DNA of 50,186 nt, taken from Candidatus Omnitrophota bacterium. GTDB lineage: Bacteria; Omnitrophota; Gorgyraeia; Duberdicusellales; 4484-171. The position numbers were made by a program, and so were the translations under genes. Where the stretch lies: the NCBI GenBank assembly GCA_016935525.1, contig JAFGQU010000012.1:67248-117433 (forward strand), given 5' to 3'. Positions 41,947-50,117 of this stretch are shown piece by piece. The first letter of the stretch is position 1. Each line of letters opens with the position of its first letter. The notes under the pieces are model-generated. The model did no database searches. It was not told where the DNA came from and saw nothing but the letters and a program-made list of their open reading frames with translations.

Positions 41947-43009
41947 TCGACTTATCAGATCAGTAAAGAAACTTTCGCTGGATGCACTCCTGATCGGGGC
42001 TCCGGATAATATCGAATATCTCACCGGCTTTCAAGCGCCCGGAGGGTATCTTCTGGTTACTCCCGGTAAGATCATCTATTTCACTCATTATGTCTATTTC
42101 GAGCAGGCAAAAAAGAACCCGCTTTGGGAAGTGATCCTGGCTCAAACCGATATGTTTTCGGCCATTGCTAAAAAGGCCCGCGCATCCGGGATCCGCCGGT
42201 TGGGGTTTGAGGCGAAACGGTTGACGTTTCTGGAATATAAAAAAATTAAAGAAGAAATCACCTCCCGTAATATCGGATTTCTTAAAACGGACGATGTAGT
42301 CGAACGCCTGCGTGAGGTCAAAACTCCGGATGAACTGAGGTGTATAAGAAGAGCCGTACAGATTACTGAAGAGGCCTTAGGGTACGCCCGGGAATTGATG
42401 GATTCGGCTCATTATTCGGAAAAAACGTTGGCTTTAGAGATAGAACGATTTATGAAACTGAAAGGGGATACCCGGACCGCATTTGATCCCATTGTCGCAT
42501 CCGGCGCTCACGCTGCCTATCCTCATGCGCAGAGCGGTCCCGATAAAGTCTTTTCGAGAAAATTAGTGCTAATTGATTTGGGGGCAAGGTGTTGCGGATA
42601 TTGTGCCGACTTGACAAGGGTATTCTTTTTGGGTAAAATGCCAAATTACCATATAAAGAAAATATATAATATTGTAAAAGCCGCACAAGAGAAGGCAATA
42701 AGCAAGATCCGGGCCGGGGTACGGGCGTGCGATATCGATTCTGCGGCCCGGAACTACATTGAAAAAAAGGGGCTGGGTAAATCCTTCGGCCACGGGCTCG
42801 GCCATGGGGTGGGGCTATGTGTCCATGAATTGCCGTATCTTAGTCCTCACGCCCGGGGGGTGTTAAGAGAAAACATGGTGGTCACGGTAGAACCGGCCGT
42901 GTATCTTCCCGGTAAATTAGGAATACGTTTGGAAAGTATGGTGCTCGTGAAAAACAAAGGAGCGGAAGTCATCGATGGGAATTTCTATTGGAAGTATAAA
43001 ACCCGGTAA
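41930..43009 (+). CDS. pepP: Xaa-Pro aminopeptidase (M24 family)
   Basis: 359 aa. Creatinase-type N-domain plus M24 metal ligands (DLGARCCGYCAD, HGLGHGVGLCVHE, VEPA). Confidence 0.9.
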   Translation: MKKRINRLIRSVKKLSLDALLIGAPDNIEYLTGFQAPGGYLLVTPGKIIYFTHYVYFEQAKKNPLWEVILAQTDMFSAIAKKARASGIRRLGFEAKRLTFLEYKKIKEEITSRNIGFLKTDDVVERLREVKTPDELRCIRRAVQITEEALGYARELMDSAHYSEKTLALEIERFMKLKGDTRTAFDPIVASGAHAAYPHAQSGPDKVFSRKLVLIDLGARCCGYCADLTRVFFLGKMPNYHIKKIYNIVKAAQEKAISKIRAGVRACDIDSAARNYIEKKGLGKSFGHGLGHGVGLCVHELPYLSPHARGVLRENMVVTVEPAVYLPGKLGIRLESMVLVKNKGAEVIDGNFYWKYKTR

Positions 43010-43535
43010 CTCTCTCATCTATAACGGAGAGATCTGGTCCGTGGTCGATTGCGAACATGCTAAACTTGCTCGTGGCGCGGCGTTTGCCAGGGTAAAACTA
43101 CGTAACTTTAAGACCGGCCAGGTATTGGAATGCACCTTGCGGGATTCAGATAATATCGAGAGTGCTTTTATCGAAAAAAGGAGCCTGCAATACCTTTATC
43201 GTAATAATAACATTTTTCATTTTATGGATTTAGAAAGTTATGAAGACCTGGTTCTTGATACCGATCGCATCGGTGACCGTCAGGTATGGTTGAAAGATAA
43301 CCTGGAGATCACTGGAATGTTTTATGAAAATAAGCTGGTTGATTTTGAATTGCCGTCCACCATGGAGTTGAAAGTAGTTGAGACCGAACCGGGAGCAAAA
43401 GGCAATACCGTCAAAATGGCGACTAAACTGGCGAAATTAGAGACCGGATTGAGTCTTCAGGTGCCGTTATTTGTAGAGCAGGGAGAGATGATTAAAGTCG
43501 ATACTCGTACCGGCCAATATCTGGGAAGAGCATGA
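42975..43535 (+). CDS. efp: Translation elongation factor P
   Basis: 186 aa, with three EF-P domains alignable to E. coli EF-P. The loop-tip residue equivalent to K34 is Arg33 (KLARGAAFARVKL). Confidence 0.93.
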   Translation: MGISIGSIKPGNSLIYNGEIWSVVDCEHAKLARGAAFARVKLRNFKTGQVLECTLRDSDNIESAFIEKRSLQYLYRNNNIFHFMDLESYEDLVLDTDRIGDRQVWLKDNLEITGMFYENKLVDFELPSTMELKVVETEPGAKGNTVKMATKLAKLETGLSLQVPLFVEQGEMIKVDTRTGQYLGRA

Positions 43536-43538
43536 TTA

Positions 43539-43615
43539 GTCGTTCGTCGCAAGCCGTTCGTCGTACGCATTATTGAAGAGGTTTACGAGCGACGCACGAC
43601 GATATACGAACGACG
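43539..43615. repeat. Inverted heptad-array element (GTCGnnC / ACGnnnG arms)
   Basis: Left arm: GTCGTTC GTCGCAA GCCGTTC GTCGTAC GC. 16-nt core: ATTATTGAAGAGGTTT. Right arm: ACGAGCG ACGCACG ACGATAT ACGAACG ACG. The outermost units are perfectly complementary. Confidence 0.8.
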
Positions 43616-43635
43616 AAAAAAATAAGGGGGTGTTC

Positions 43636-44073
43636 TTGGATTTAGAAAAACTTAAAGAATTAATGGAGTTCATGAATGTCAACGAATTGTGTGAGTTGGA
43701 AATAGAAGAAGAAGGTAAACGAGTTAAACTGAAGAAATTTTCCCCGGAACATCCGATCGTATTTCCTACCAGAACCGATGTGCTATCGCCGGGAAACGAG
43801 CCGAGTCTTGAGAAAAAAGACACAGTCGAAGGAACGATCGAGATCAAATCTCCGATGGTAGGAACGTTCTACCGGGCGCCCTCGCCGGGGGCTAAACCGT
43901 TTGTGGAAGTAGGCGAGGATATTCGTCCGGGCGATGTGGTGTGTATTATTGAAGCAATGAAACTGATGAACGAGATCAAAGCTGAAATCGGCGGAAAGAT
44001 CATTGAAATTTTAGTGGAAAACGGGGAACCGGTAGAGTTTGGCCAACCGCTCTTTTTAGTGAAACCCTTCTAA
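43636..44073 (+). CDS. accB: Acetyl-CoA carboxylase biotin carboxyl carrier protein
   Basis: Biotinylation motif EAMKLMNEI. The TTG at 43636 is 5 nt after AAGGGGG. The ORF-track start 43573 lies in the repeat element and is rejected. Confidence 0.9.
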   Translation: MDLEKLKELMEFMNVNELCELEIEEEGKRVKLKKFSPEHPIVFPTRTDVLSPGNEPSLEKKDTVEGTIEIKSPMVGTFYRAPSPGAKPFVEVGEDIRPGDVVCIIEAMKLMNEIKAEIGGKIIEILVENGEPVEFGQPLFLVKPF

Positions 44074-44077
44074 ACCA

Positions 44078-45430
44078 ATGTTTTCAAAAGTCCTCATCGC
44101 TAATAGGGGAGAAATCGCAATCCGGGTGATACGGGCCTGTAAGGATCTGGGGTTGCGTACGGTCGCGGTATATTCCGAGAGTGATAAAAATTCGCTTCAT
44201 CTTGAATTTGCCGATGAGGCGGTCTGTATCGGTAAAGCCGCAAGTTCCGACAGTTATCTGAATATTTCCAGCATCATCAGCGCCGCGGAAATCACCGATA
44301 GCGATGCGATTCATCCCGGGTACGGCTTCCTCGCTGAGAACGCGTATTTTGCCGAAGTATGCGAATCCTGCGGAATAAAGTTCATCGGGCCCAGCGCTGA
44401 ATGTATCCGTTTGATGGGAGATAAGGTGACCGCGCGCGAGACGATGCGTAAAGCCGGGTTACCGGTGACGCCGGGAAGTAAAAGCGCGCTTAAGTCAAAA
44501 GAAGATGCGTTGAGTTTTGCCAATAAGATCGGCTATCCGGTGATATTAAAAGCCCGGGCCGGCGGCGGGGGGAAAGGTATGCGGGTCTGCCATAGCGACG
44601 TGCGTCTGGTGAGCGCATTCATGACCGCCCAGGCTGAGGCGGAAATCGCTTTTGGAAATTCCGAGATCTATGTCGAAAAGTTTTTGGAAAAACCGCGCCA
44701 TATCGAAATACAGATCGCTGCCGACAATTACGGAAACGTGATCCATTTAGGCGAACGGGATTGTAGTATCCAACGTCGTCATCAAAAACTTATCGAAGAA
44801 GCTCCTTCCCCGGCAATCGATGCGAAAACGAGAAAGAAATTGGGAGACATGGTGTGCCGGGCAATCAAAAATATCCATTATTCCAGTGTCGGTACGGTCG
44901 AGCTCTTGATGGATTCCCGGGGCAATTTCTATTTTATGGAGATGAACACGCGTATTCAGGTGGAACATCCGGTGAGTGAGGAGATCACCGGAATAGATCT
45001 GGTGCAGTTACAGATCCTTTCTGCGGCCGGGGAGAAACTCCCTCTTAAACAGGAAGAGATCACCTTTAAAGGGGCCGCTATCGAATGCCGGATCAATGCC
45101 GAAGATCCCGAAAATAATTTTATTCCTTCTCCGGGACGTATCGATTTTTGTTATTTCCCCGGCGGTAAAGATGTGCGGATCGAGACTCACATGTATTGCG
45201 GATATACTATCCCGCCGTTTTACGATTCGTTGATCGCAAAAGTGATAACTAAAGGAGACACCCGTTCCCAGGCCTTGCGGAAAATGGACCGGGCATTGAG
45301 CGAGTTGCTTTTTGAACCGACCAAGACCACGGCGTCGTTCTGCCGAAAGGTAATTAATGATTCCGATTTCCGGCGAGGATTGTACCATACGGGGTTCCTT
45401 GAGAAATTCATGAATAAGGAGGAAGAATGA
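44078..45430 (+). CDS. accC: Acetyl-CoA carboxylase biotin carboxylase subunit
   Basis: 450 aa. ATP-grasp motifs (GGGGKGMRV, EMNTRIQVEHPV). Confidence 0.97.
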   Translation: MFSKVLIANRGEIAIRVIRACKDLGLRTVAVYSESDKNSLHLEFADEAVCIGKAASSDSYLNISSIISAAEITDSDAIHPGYGFLAENAYFAEVCESCGIKFIGPSAECIRLMGDKVTARETMRKAGLPVTPGSKSALKSKEDALSFANKIGYPVILKARAGGGGKGMRVCHSDVRLVSAFMTAQAEAEIAFGNSEIYVEKFLEKPRHIEIQIAADNYGNVIHLGERDCSIQRRHQKLIEEAPSPAIDAKTRKKLGDMVCRAIKNIHYSSVGTVELLMDSRGNFYFMEMNTRIQVEHPVSEEITGIDLVQLQILSAAGEKLPLKQEEITFKGAAIECRINAEDPENNFIPSPGRIDFCYFPGGKDVRIETHMYCGYTIPPFYDSLIAKVITKGDTRSQALRKMDRALSELLFEPTKTTASFCRKVINDSDFRRGLYHTGFLEKFMNKEEE

Positions 45431-45786
45431 ACCGCCGTTTAAGTTCCGAATTTGGACAGATCAAGATTCATCGCCGGGTGATCTCTCAGGCCGCGGTAAT
45501 CGCCGCCAAAGGAGTTCCCGGAGTGAAAGGTGTGGGGATCGAATGTTACGGGTTGTTCGGCCAGATCCTTAAATTGTTCCGGGTGACCGGTATCCGTATT
45601 GCACCGGGGACCACGAAAGATAAAGAGCTTAAAGTATGCCTTCCGATCGTGATGACCTCCGGAAGGAATGCGGTTGAAATCGCCTATGAAGTGCAACGCC
45701 GGGTCATTGCCGCGTTGCTGGACACTTTAAATATAGATTCTCTCAATGTTGATGTGAAGATCAAAAAAATAGTGGAAGGAGGCTGA
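45427..45786 (+). CDS. Asp23/Gls24-family envelope stress protein
   Basis: 119 aa. IKIHRRVISQAAVIAAKGVPGV..., typical of the Asp23 family. AGGAGG Shine-Dalgarno sequence; the ATG overlaps the accC stop. Confidence 0.8.
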   Translation: MNRRLSSEFGQIKIHRRVISQAAVIAAKGVPGVKGVGIECYGLFGQILKLFRVTGIRIAPGTTKDKELKVCLPIVMTSGRNAVEIAYEVQRRVIAALLDTLNIDSLNVDVKIKKIVEGG

Positions 45787-45787
45787 A

Positions 45788-46369
45788 ATGTTCTTTATAG
45801 CGTTTCTCCTTTATACGGTTTTCTCATTCGGAATCGGAATATTTCTTGTCGCGTTGACATTTGATTTTATTACCGCGGATGTGATCATGGTGTATCTTGA
45901 TACGTACCAGAAGTTAGAGTATACTCACCAGTTATTGATCGGCGCGATCGGGGTGCTGGTCATCTTGTTATGGTTGCTCATGGTTCGCCGTTATCTGGGG
46001 GGGGTGTGGCGTAAAGAACGGGCGCTTACCATCCAGACCGCTCAAGGGCAGGTAAGTATAAGTCTGTTTGCGATAGAGGATATGGTCCGTAAGACGTTGG
46101 AGTCCCGGCGCGAACTTACCCAGGTAAAGCCGCGGGTATCGGTGAACCGCAGGGGTATCGATATTAAGATCAGAGGGAGTCTTAAGACGGAAGTAAATTT
46201 AAAGGATTTTATCGCAAGCGTTCAGGTTGAGATAAAGAAAAAACTCGCGTATCTTTTAGGGGAAAAAGGAGAGATCCGCATTCAGTTGGCGATACGTAAA
46301 CTGGCATTCGCGTCAAAATCGGACGGTATCATCGATGATGATCCGGAAGTGCCTTTTCGGAACTATTAA
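45788..46369 (+). CDS. Membrane-anchor protein, AmaP-like (Asp23 partner)
   Basis: 193 aa. Two N-terminal TM helices and a soluble C-terminal domain. The call rests on its position directly after an Asp23-family gene and on architecture only. Confidence 0.5.
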   Translation: MFFIAFLLYTVFSFGIGIFLVALTFDFITADVIMVYLDTYQKLEYTHQLLIGAIGVLVILLWLLMVRRYLGGVWRKERALTIQTAQGQVSISLFAIEDMVRKTLESRRELTQVKPRVSVNRRGIDIKIRGSLKTEVNLKDFIASVQVEIKKKLAYLLGEKGEIRIQLAIRKLAFASKSDGIIDDDPEVPFRNY

Positions 46370-46382
46370 ATAGAAAAAAACA

Positions 46383-46955
46383 ATGCGTAAGATCATAGAA
46401 GAGGTTTTCAACTCTCACCAGGAAGCATTCACCTATGTAAAAGAAAAGTCTTCGCTTATCGAAGAGATCGCCGGAGTGCTTATTGACGCGTTACAAGGGC
46501 AGCATAAGATCCTTTTCTGCGGTAACGGCGGCAGCGCCGCCGATAGTCAGCATCTTGCCGCGGAATTCGTCGGACGGTTCAAAAAAGACGATATCGTGTT
46601 GCCGGCACTGGCTCTTTCGGTGAATACTTCAATGCTCACGGCGATCGCGAATGATTTCGGGTTTGAGAAAGTCTTTTCTCAACAGGTCAAAGCTCTCGGT
46701 TCACCCGGTGACGTACTGGTCGCGATCTCTACTTCGGGAAATTCGGCGAATGTCGCGTGCGCGGTACGCCAGGCTCATTCGCAAGGGCTAAAGACTATAG
46801 GATTTTTAGGAAATGAGGGAGGGACGCTAAAAGATCTCGTCGATATCCCCCTGTTGGTCAAAGCCAACGATACCGCCCGTATTCAGGAAATGCATATCCT
46901 CATAGGCCATATATTATGTGAGTTGGTCGATCAGTTTTTTAGCGGTGGGAAATAA
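46383..46955 (+). CDS. gmhA: Phosphoheptose (sedoheptulose-7-phosphate) isomerase
   Basis: 190 aa SIS domain. CGNGGSAADSQHLAAEF and ISTSGNS motifs. Confidence 0.92.
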   Translation: MRKIIEEVFNSHQEAFTYVKEKSSLIEEIAGVLIDALQGQHKILFCGNGGSAADSQHLAAEFVGRFKKDDIVLPALALSVNTSMLTAIANDFGFEKVFSQQVKALGSPGDVLVAISTSGNSANVACAVRQAHSQGLKTIGFLGNEGGTLKDLVDIPLLVKANDTARIQEMHILIGHILCELVDQFFSGGK

Positions 46956-46957
46956 TC

Positions 46958-47431
46958 ATGGAGAAAAACATCCGGCGGATACAGACCCGGGGGATTCTTA
47001 CCCGTACGATTGCCCGTCTTAAACAACAAGGGAACACAATCGTGTTTACGAACGGTTGTTTTGATCTTGTCCATCCCGGTCATATCGCGATATTTAAACA
47101 GGCGAAACAGAAAGGCGACGTACTTGTCGTCGGGATGAATTCGGATAAATCCGTAAAAAAGATCAAAGGGCCCACTCGGCCTATCCTGAATGAACGGGCG
47201 CGTAGCCTTCTGGTGAGCGCGATACGGTATGTCGATTATGTAGTGCTTTTTGACGAAGAAACGCCTTATCAGTTGATCCGGGCGATTCGTCCGGATTATC
47301 TGGTTAAAGGCGGGGATTGGAAACCGGGTGAGATCGTCGGACGAGATCTGGTGAAAAAGGTCTTTCGAGTAAAACTCATCAAGACGTATTCGACGACAAA
47401 TATTATTAAGAAGATAGTGCGCGGTGCGTAG
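46958..47431 (+). CDS. D-glycero-beta-D-manno-heptose-1-phosphate adenylyltransferase (RfaE domain II-like cytidylyltransferase)
   Basis: 157 aa. FTNGCFDLVHPGH nucleotidyltransferase motif and a C-terminal YSTT. Confidence 0.88.
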   Translation: MEKNIRRIQTRGILTRTIARLKQQGNTIVFTNGCFDLVHPGHIAIFKQAKQKGDVLVVGMNSDKSVKKIKGPTRPILNERARSLLVSAIRYVDYVVLFDEETPYQLIRAIRPDYLVKGGDWKPGEIVGRDLVKKVFRVKLIKTYSTTNIIKKIVRGA

Positions 47432-47862
47432 TGGTTAAACTTCCTGGTATATATCGGATCATGGACGCGAATCTTAACCGTTGCAGGGAAGGGTTAAGGG
47501 TCATCGAAGATATTTTCCGGTTTTATTTTAAAGATGATATGTTACGCCGGCGGTTAAGGACGATACGCCATACGCTTGATACGCTCAATGAGTCTGCGTT
47601 AACCGCGAAATTTTTAGCAGCCCGGGATTCGGTGAAAGACCAGGGGCGGCATACCGATTGTTTTGAGATGGGACGTAAAGATATCGGTGACATATTTTAT
47701 GCCAATATGCAACGGGCAAAAGAATCGTTGAGGGTGTTAGAAGAATTTTTAAAGATAGAAGACCGTGCCCGGGTAACGGCAATAAAAAAAGCGCGGTATG
47801 GGTTATATACAATTGAAAAGAAAGCTTTCCTGCGGTGGCCTGCTTTGCGCGATTTTAGATAA
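47431..47862 (+). CDS. ThiE-associated N-terminal domain protein (found fused to thiamine-phosphate synthase in other bacteria)
   Basis: 143 aa. The YRIMDANLNRCREGLRVIEDIFRF motif, from memory, forms the N-terminal extension of long ThiE proteins. The GTG start directly follows the upstream stop. Confidence 0.6.
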   Translation: MVKLPGIYRIMDANLNRCREGLRVIEDIFRFYFKDDMLRRRLRTIRHTLDTLNESALTAKFLAARDSVKDQGRHTDCFEMGRKDIGDIFYANMQRAKESLRVLEEFLKIEDRARVTAIKKARYGLYTIEKKAFLRWPALRDFR

Positions 47863-48472
47863 CGAGTTTTGCGCGCATATTCATCAAGATATCTTTTCGC
47901 TTGCCGCAAGACTCACCCGGTGCGGCGTCGATATTATTCAGTACCGGTTTAAATCGATACCGGACCGGACGGCTCTTGAGGCGGCCGGTAGATTGGTAAA
48001 AATCGCCGGCCGATACGGGAAAACATGTATTGTGAACGATCGTGCCGATATTGCCTGGCTTTCCGGGGCTCAAGGTGTCCATCTCGGCCAGACCGATATA
48101 TCAAGCTGGATGGCCCGGCGCCTTTTAGGGAAAAAGAAGATCATCGGCCGGACCGTTCATTCGCAAAAAGAGTTTAATGAAGCGCAGAAAGAACCGGTAG
48201 ATTATGTGAGCCTGGGGCCGGTATATCCGCCGGGCATTAAAGCTCATCTTCCGGCGTGGGGGCTTACGTCTATTGCGCGCTTGGTGAGGAAATCCCGTAA
48301 ACCGGTATTCGTAATCGGGGGGATCACTCCTCACAATGTATATTCGATAGTAGAGAAGAAGATCACGCATATAGCGGTGGCAAAAGCTTTACTTCAAGCC
48401 AAAGATCTGAAAAAGACGGTTGCGTCATTTAAGGAGCAGATATGTTCGAGAAAACCTTTTTACAACAGATAG
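47798..48472 (+). CDS. thiE: Thiamine-phosphate synthase
   Basis: LCAILDNE..., IQYRFK, VNDRADIA, GVHLGQTD and VFVIGGIT motifs of the ThiE TIM barrel. Its 5' end overlaps the previous ORF by 65 nt in the +1 frame. Confidence 0.85.
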   Translation: MGYIQLKRKLSCGGLLCAILDNEFCAHIHQDIFSLAARLTRCGVDIIQYRFKSIPDRTALEAAGRLVKIAGRYGKTCIVNDRADIAWLSGAQGVHLGQTDISSWMARRLLGKKKIIGRTVHSQKEFNEAQKEPVDYVSLGPVYPPGIKAHLPAWGLTSIARLVRKSRKPVFVIGGITPHNVYSIVEKKITHIAVAKALLQAKDLKKTVASFKEQICSRKPFYNR

Positions 48473-49698
48473 CGGATAACGAAAAAGTTTCATTACAGTT
48501 TCTCCAGACGCAGCTTGCGTCCGGAAGGGTAGTCATACTTAAGAATAACCAGAGAGAATTTATCCGTCCCGTAGCGGTCGGAGGAGGATTAAAGATCAAG
48601 ATCAATACTAATATCGGAACGTCTACCGAAAAGATCGGACAGGACCAGGAATTGGAGAAACTGGATATCGCGCTTACATACGGGACCGATACGGTAATGG
48701 ATCTAAGTACCGGCGGAGATATCCCTGAGATGCTCGATAGTATCCTTGCTCGTTCGACGGTCGCGGTAGGGACGGTACCGATCTATGAAGCGGCATTGAA
48801 TGGGGAGAAAAAATACGGATCGTTTGACGAGATGCGGCCGGATGAGATCTTTGATTGTCTGGATCGCCAGGGCTCTGCCGGTGTTGATTTTTTTACTATC
48901 CATGCCGGTATCCGCCGTGAATTCCTGAAATTTTTAAAAGAAGAGAAACGGACCGCGGGTATCGTCAGCCGGGGCGGAGCAATCCTTGCCCGGTGGATGG
49001 ATACAAATGGGCAAGAGAACCCTTTGTATGAATCGTTCGATACGGTCCTTGATATCGCGAAAAAATATAACGTGACGATTAGTCTGGGTGACGCGCTTCG
49101 TCCCGGGGCGCTTGCCGATTCTACCGACCGCGGACAACTTGCCGAATTGCATACGTTAGGAGAGCTGGTGAAACGGTGTTGGAAAAAAGGCGTGCAGGTA
49201 ATGGTCGAGGGGCCCGGACACATCCGTATCGACGAGGTCGCTCTCAATATGCAGATGCAGAAAAAGATATGTTTCGGCGCGCCGTTTTATGTATTAGGGC
49301 CGCTTACTACCGATATCGCCTGCGGATATGACCATATCACCTCAAGTATCGGAGGGGCGATCGCGGCGTTATCGGGCGCGGATTTTCTTTGTGTGGTGAC
49401 TCCCGCCGAACATCTGCGCCATCCTGATTGCGAAGATATCAAGTTAGGAGTGATCGCATCCAAAATCGCGGCTCATTCGGTCGACCTCTTAAGGTTTCCC
49501 GATGAATGGGAACGTGATCTGAAAATATCTCAGGCCCGCAGCCGGCGGGATTGGCCGGAGGTGTTTCGTCATTGCCTGGATAAAGAGAAAGCGCAAAAAT
49601 ATCGGGAAAGCGCCAAACTTTCTCAGGAAGATATCTGTTCGATGTGCGGGACGTTCTGTTCTTTGAAATTGATTGAAAAATGTAATCTGGTAAAATAA
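48442..49698 (+). CDS. thiC: Phosphomethylpyrimidine synthase (short-form ThiC)
   Basis: 418 aa. Radical-SAM ThiC core (GTVPIYEA, MVEGPGH) and a C-terminal CSMCGTFCS cluster motif. AAGGAG Shine-Dalgarno sequence. Confidence 0.95.
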   Translation: MFEKTFLQQIADNEKVSLQFLQTQLASGRVVILKNNQREFIRPVAVGGGLKIKINTNIGTSTEKIGQDQELEKLDIALTYGTDTVMDLSTGGDIPEMLDSILARSTVAVGTVPIYEAALNGEKKYGSFDEMRPDEIFDCLDRQGSAGVDFFTIHAGIRREFLKFLKEEKRTAGIVSRGGAILARWMDTNGQENPLYESFDTVLDIAKKYNVTISLGDALRPGALADSTDRGQLAELHTLGELVKRCWKKGVQVMVEGPGHIRIDEVALNMQMQKKICFGAPFYVLGPLTTDIACGYDHITSSIGGAIAALSGADFLCVVTPAEHLRHPDCEDIKLGVIASKIAAHSVDLLRFPDEWERDLKISQARSRRDWPEVFRHCLDKEKAQKYRESAKLSQEDICSMCGTFCSLKLIEKCNLVK

Positions 49699-49701
49699 TA
49701 C

Positions 49702-49731
49702 AGCGGATAGCGAATAGGGGTGAGCGGTTAG
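49702..49731 (+). repeat. AGCGnnT heptad tandem array (single arm) 4 nt after the thiC stop
   Basis: Reads AGCGGAT AGCGAAT AGGGGTG AGCGGTT AG. 17 nt are identical to 840-856. Confidence 0.85.
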
Positions 49732-50023
49732 ACTGAGGAAGAGAGAAAGAAATCGTTCTTTTAAAATAGGTAAGATAAGGTTCATTGAATAATGGTTGAC
49801 TAAGTTTTCTTCTCTGAAAATCTTCGGGGTAGACCAGTCCCGCGTAGCGTTGTCGCCAGCGGGACGGGTCGAGCGTGAAATCCTTCTTTAGAAAGTCTTT
49901 TAGCTCGACATCAGCAGGGGCGGAGCCCCTATGAAGGGCGATTCACCTGGGATGGTATTGCATGAGTGAAAGTGCCTGACCAGTTTTCATAACATTGATA
50001 ACTTATCGAGTCTGATTGGAAGT

Positions 50024-50039
50024 GCGATAGCACTATCGC
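50024..50039. repeat. 16-nt palindrome GCGATAG-CA-CTATCGC just upstream of tRNA-Gly
   Basis: Perfect 7+7 inverted repeat built from the same GCGATAG/CTATCGC unit as the AGCGnnT / CTAnCCG arrays. It ends 4 nt before the tRNA. Confidence 0.7.
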
Positions 50040-50043
50040 CCAT

Positions 50044-50117
50044 GCGGGTGTGGTTCAATGGTAGAACTCTAGCTTCCCAAGCTAGTAACGGCGGTTCGAT
50101 TCCGCTCGCCCGCTCCA
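50044..50117 (+). tRNA. tRNA-Gly (anticodon CCC), CCA encoded
   Basis: Acceptor GCGGGTG/CGCCCGC, anticodon stem CTAGC/GCTAG with loop TTCCCAA, T-arm GGCGG-TTCGATT-CCGCT, discriminator T, then CCA. Confidence 0.93.

Noticed and set aside
47300-48445. Expected TPP riboswitch upstream of the thiamine genes
   Set aside because: The thi genes follow gmhA and the rfaE-II-like gene with no intergenic space, and I found no TPP aptamer core (CUGAGA ... ACCUGAUCUGGAUAAUGCCAGCG-like). None is called.
49489-49785. 98-aa minus-strand ORF overlapping the thiC 3' end and the AGCG array
   Set aside because: It lies antisense to a well-supported thiC, extends through a 7-nt-periodic repeat, and has no ribosome-binding site or family resemblance.
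49796-49824. TTGACT at 49796-49801 as the -35 element of a promoter for the downstream structured region and tRNA-Gly
   Set aside because: No acceptable -10 hexamer lies at 16-18 nt spacing. GAAAAT lies after a 14-nt spacer, and the hexamer at 17-nt spacing is AATCTT. No promoter is called.
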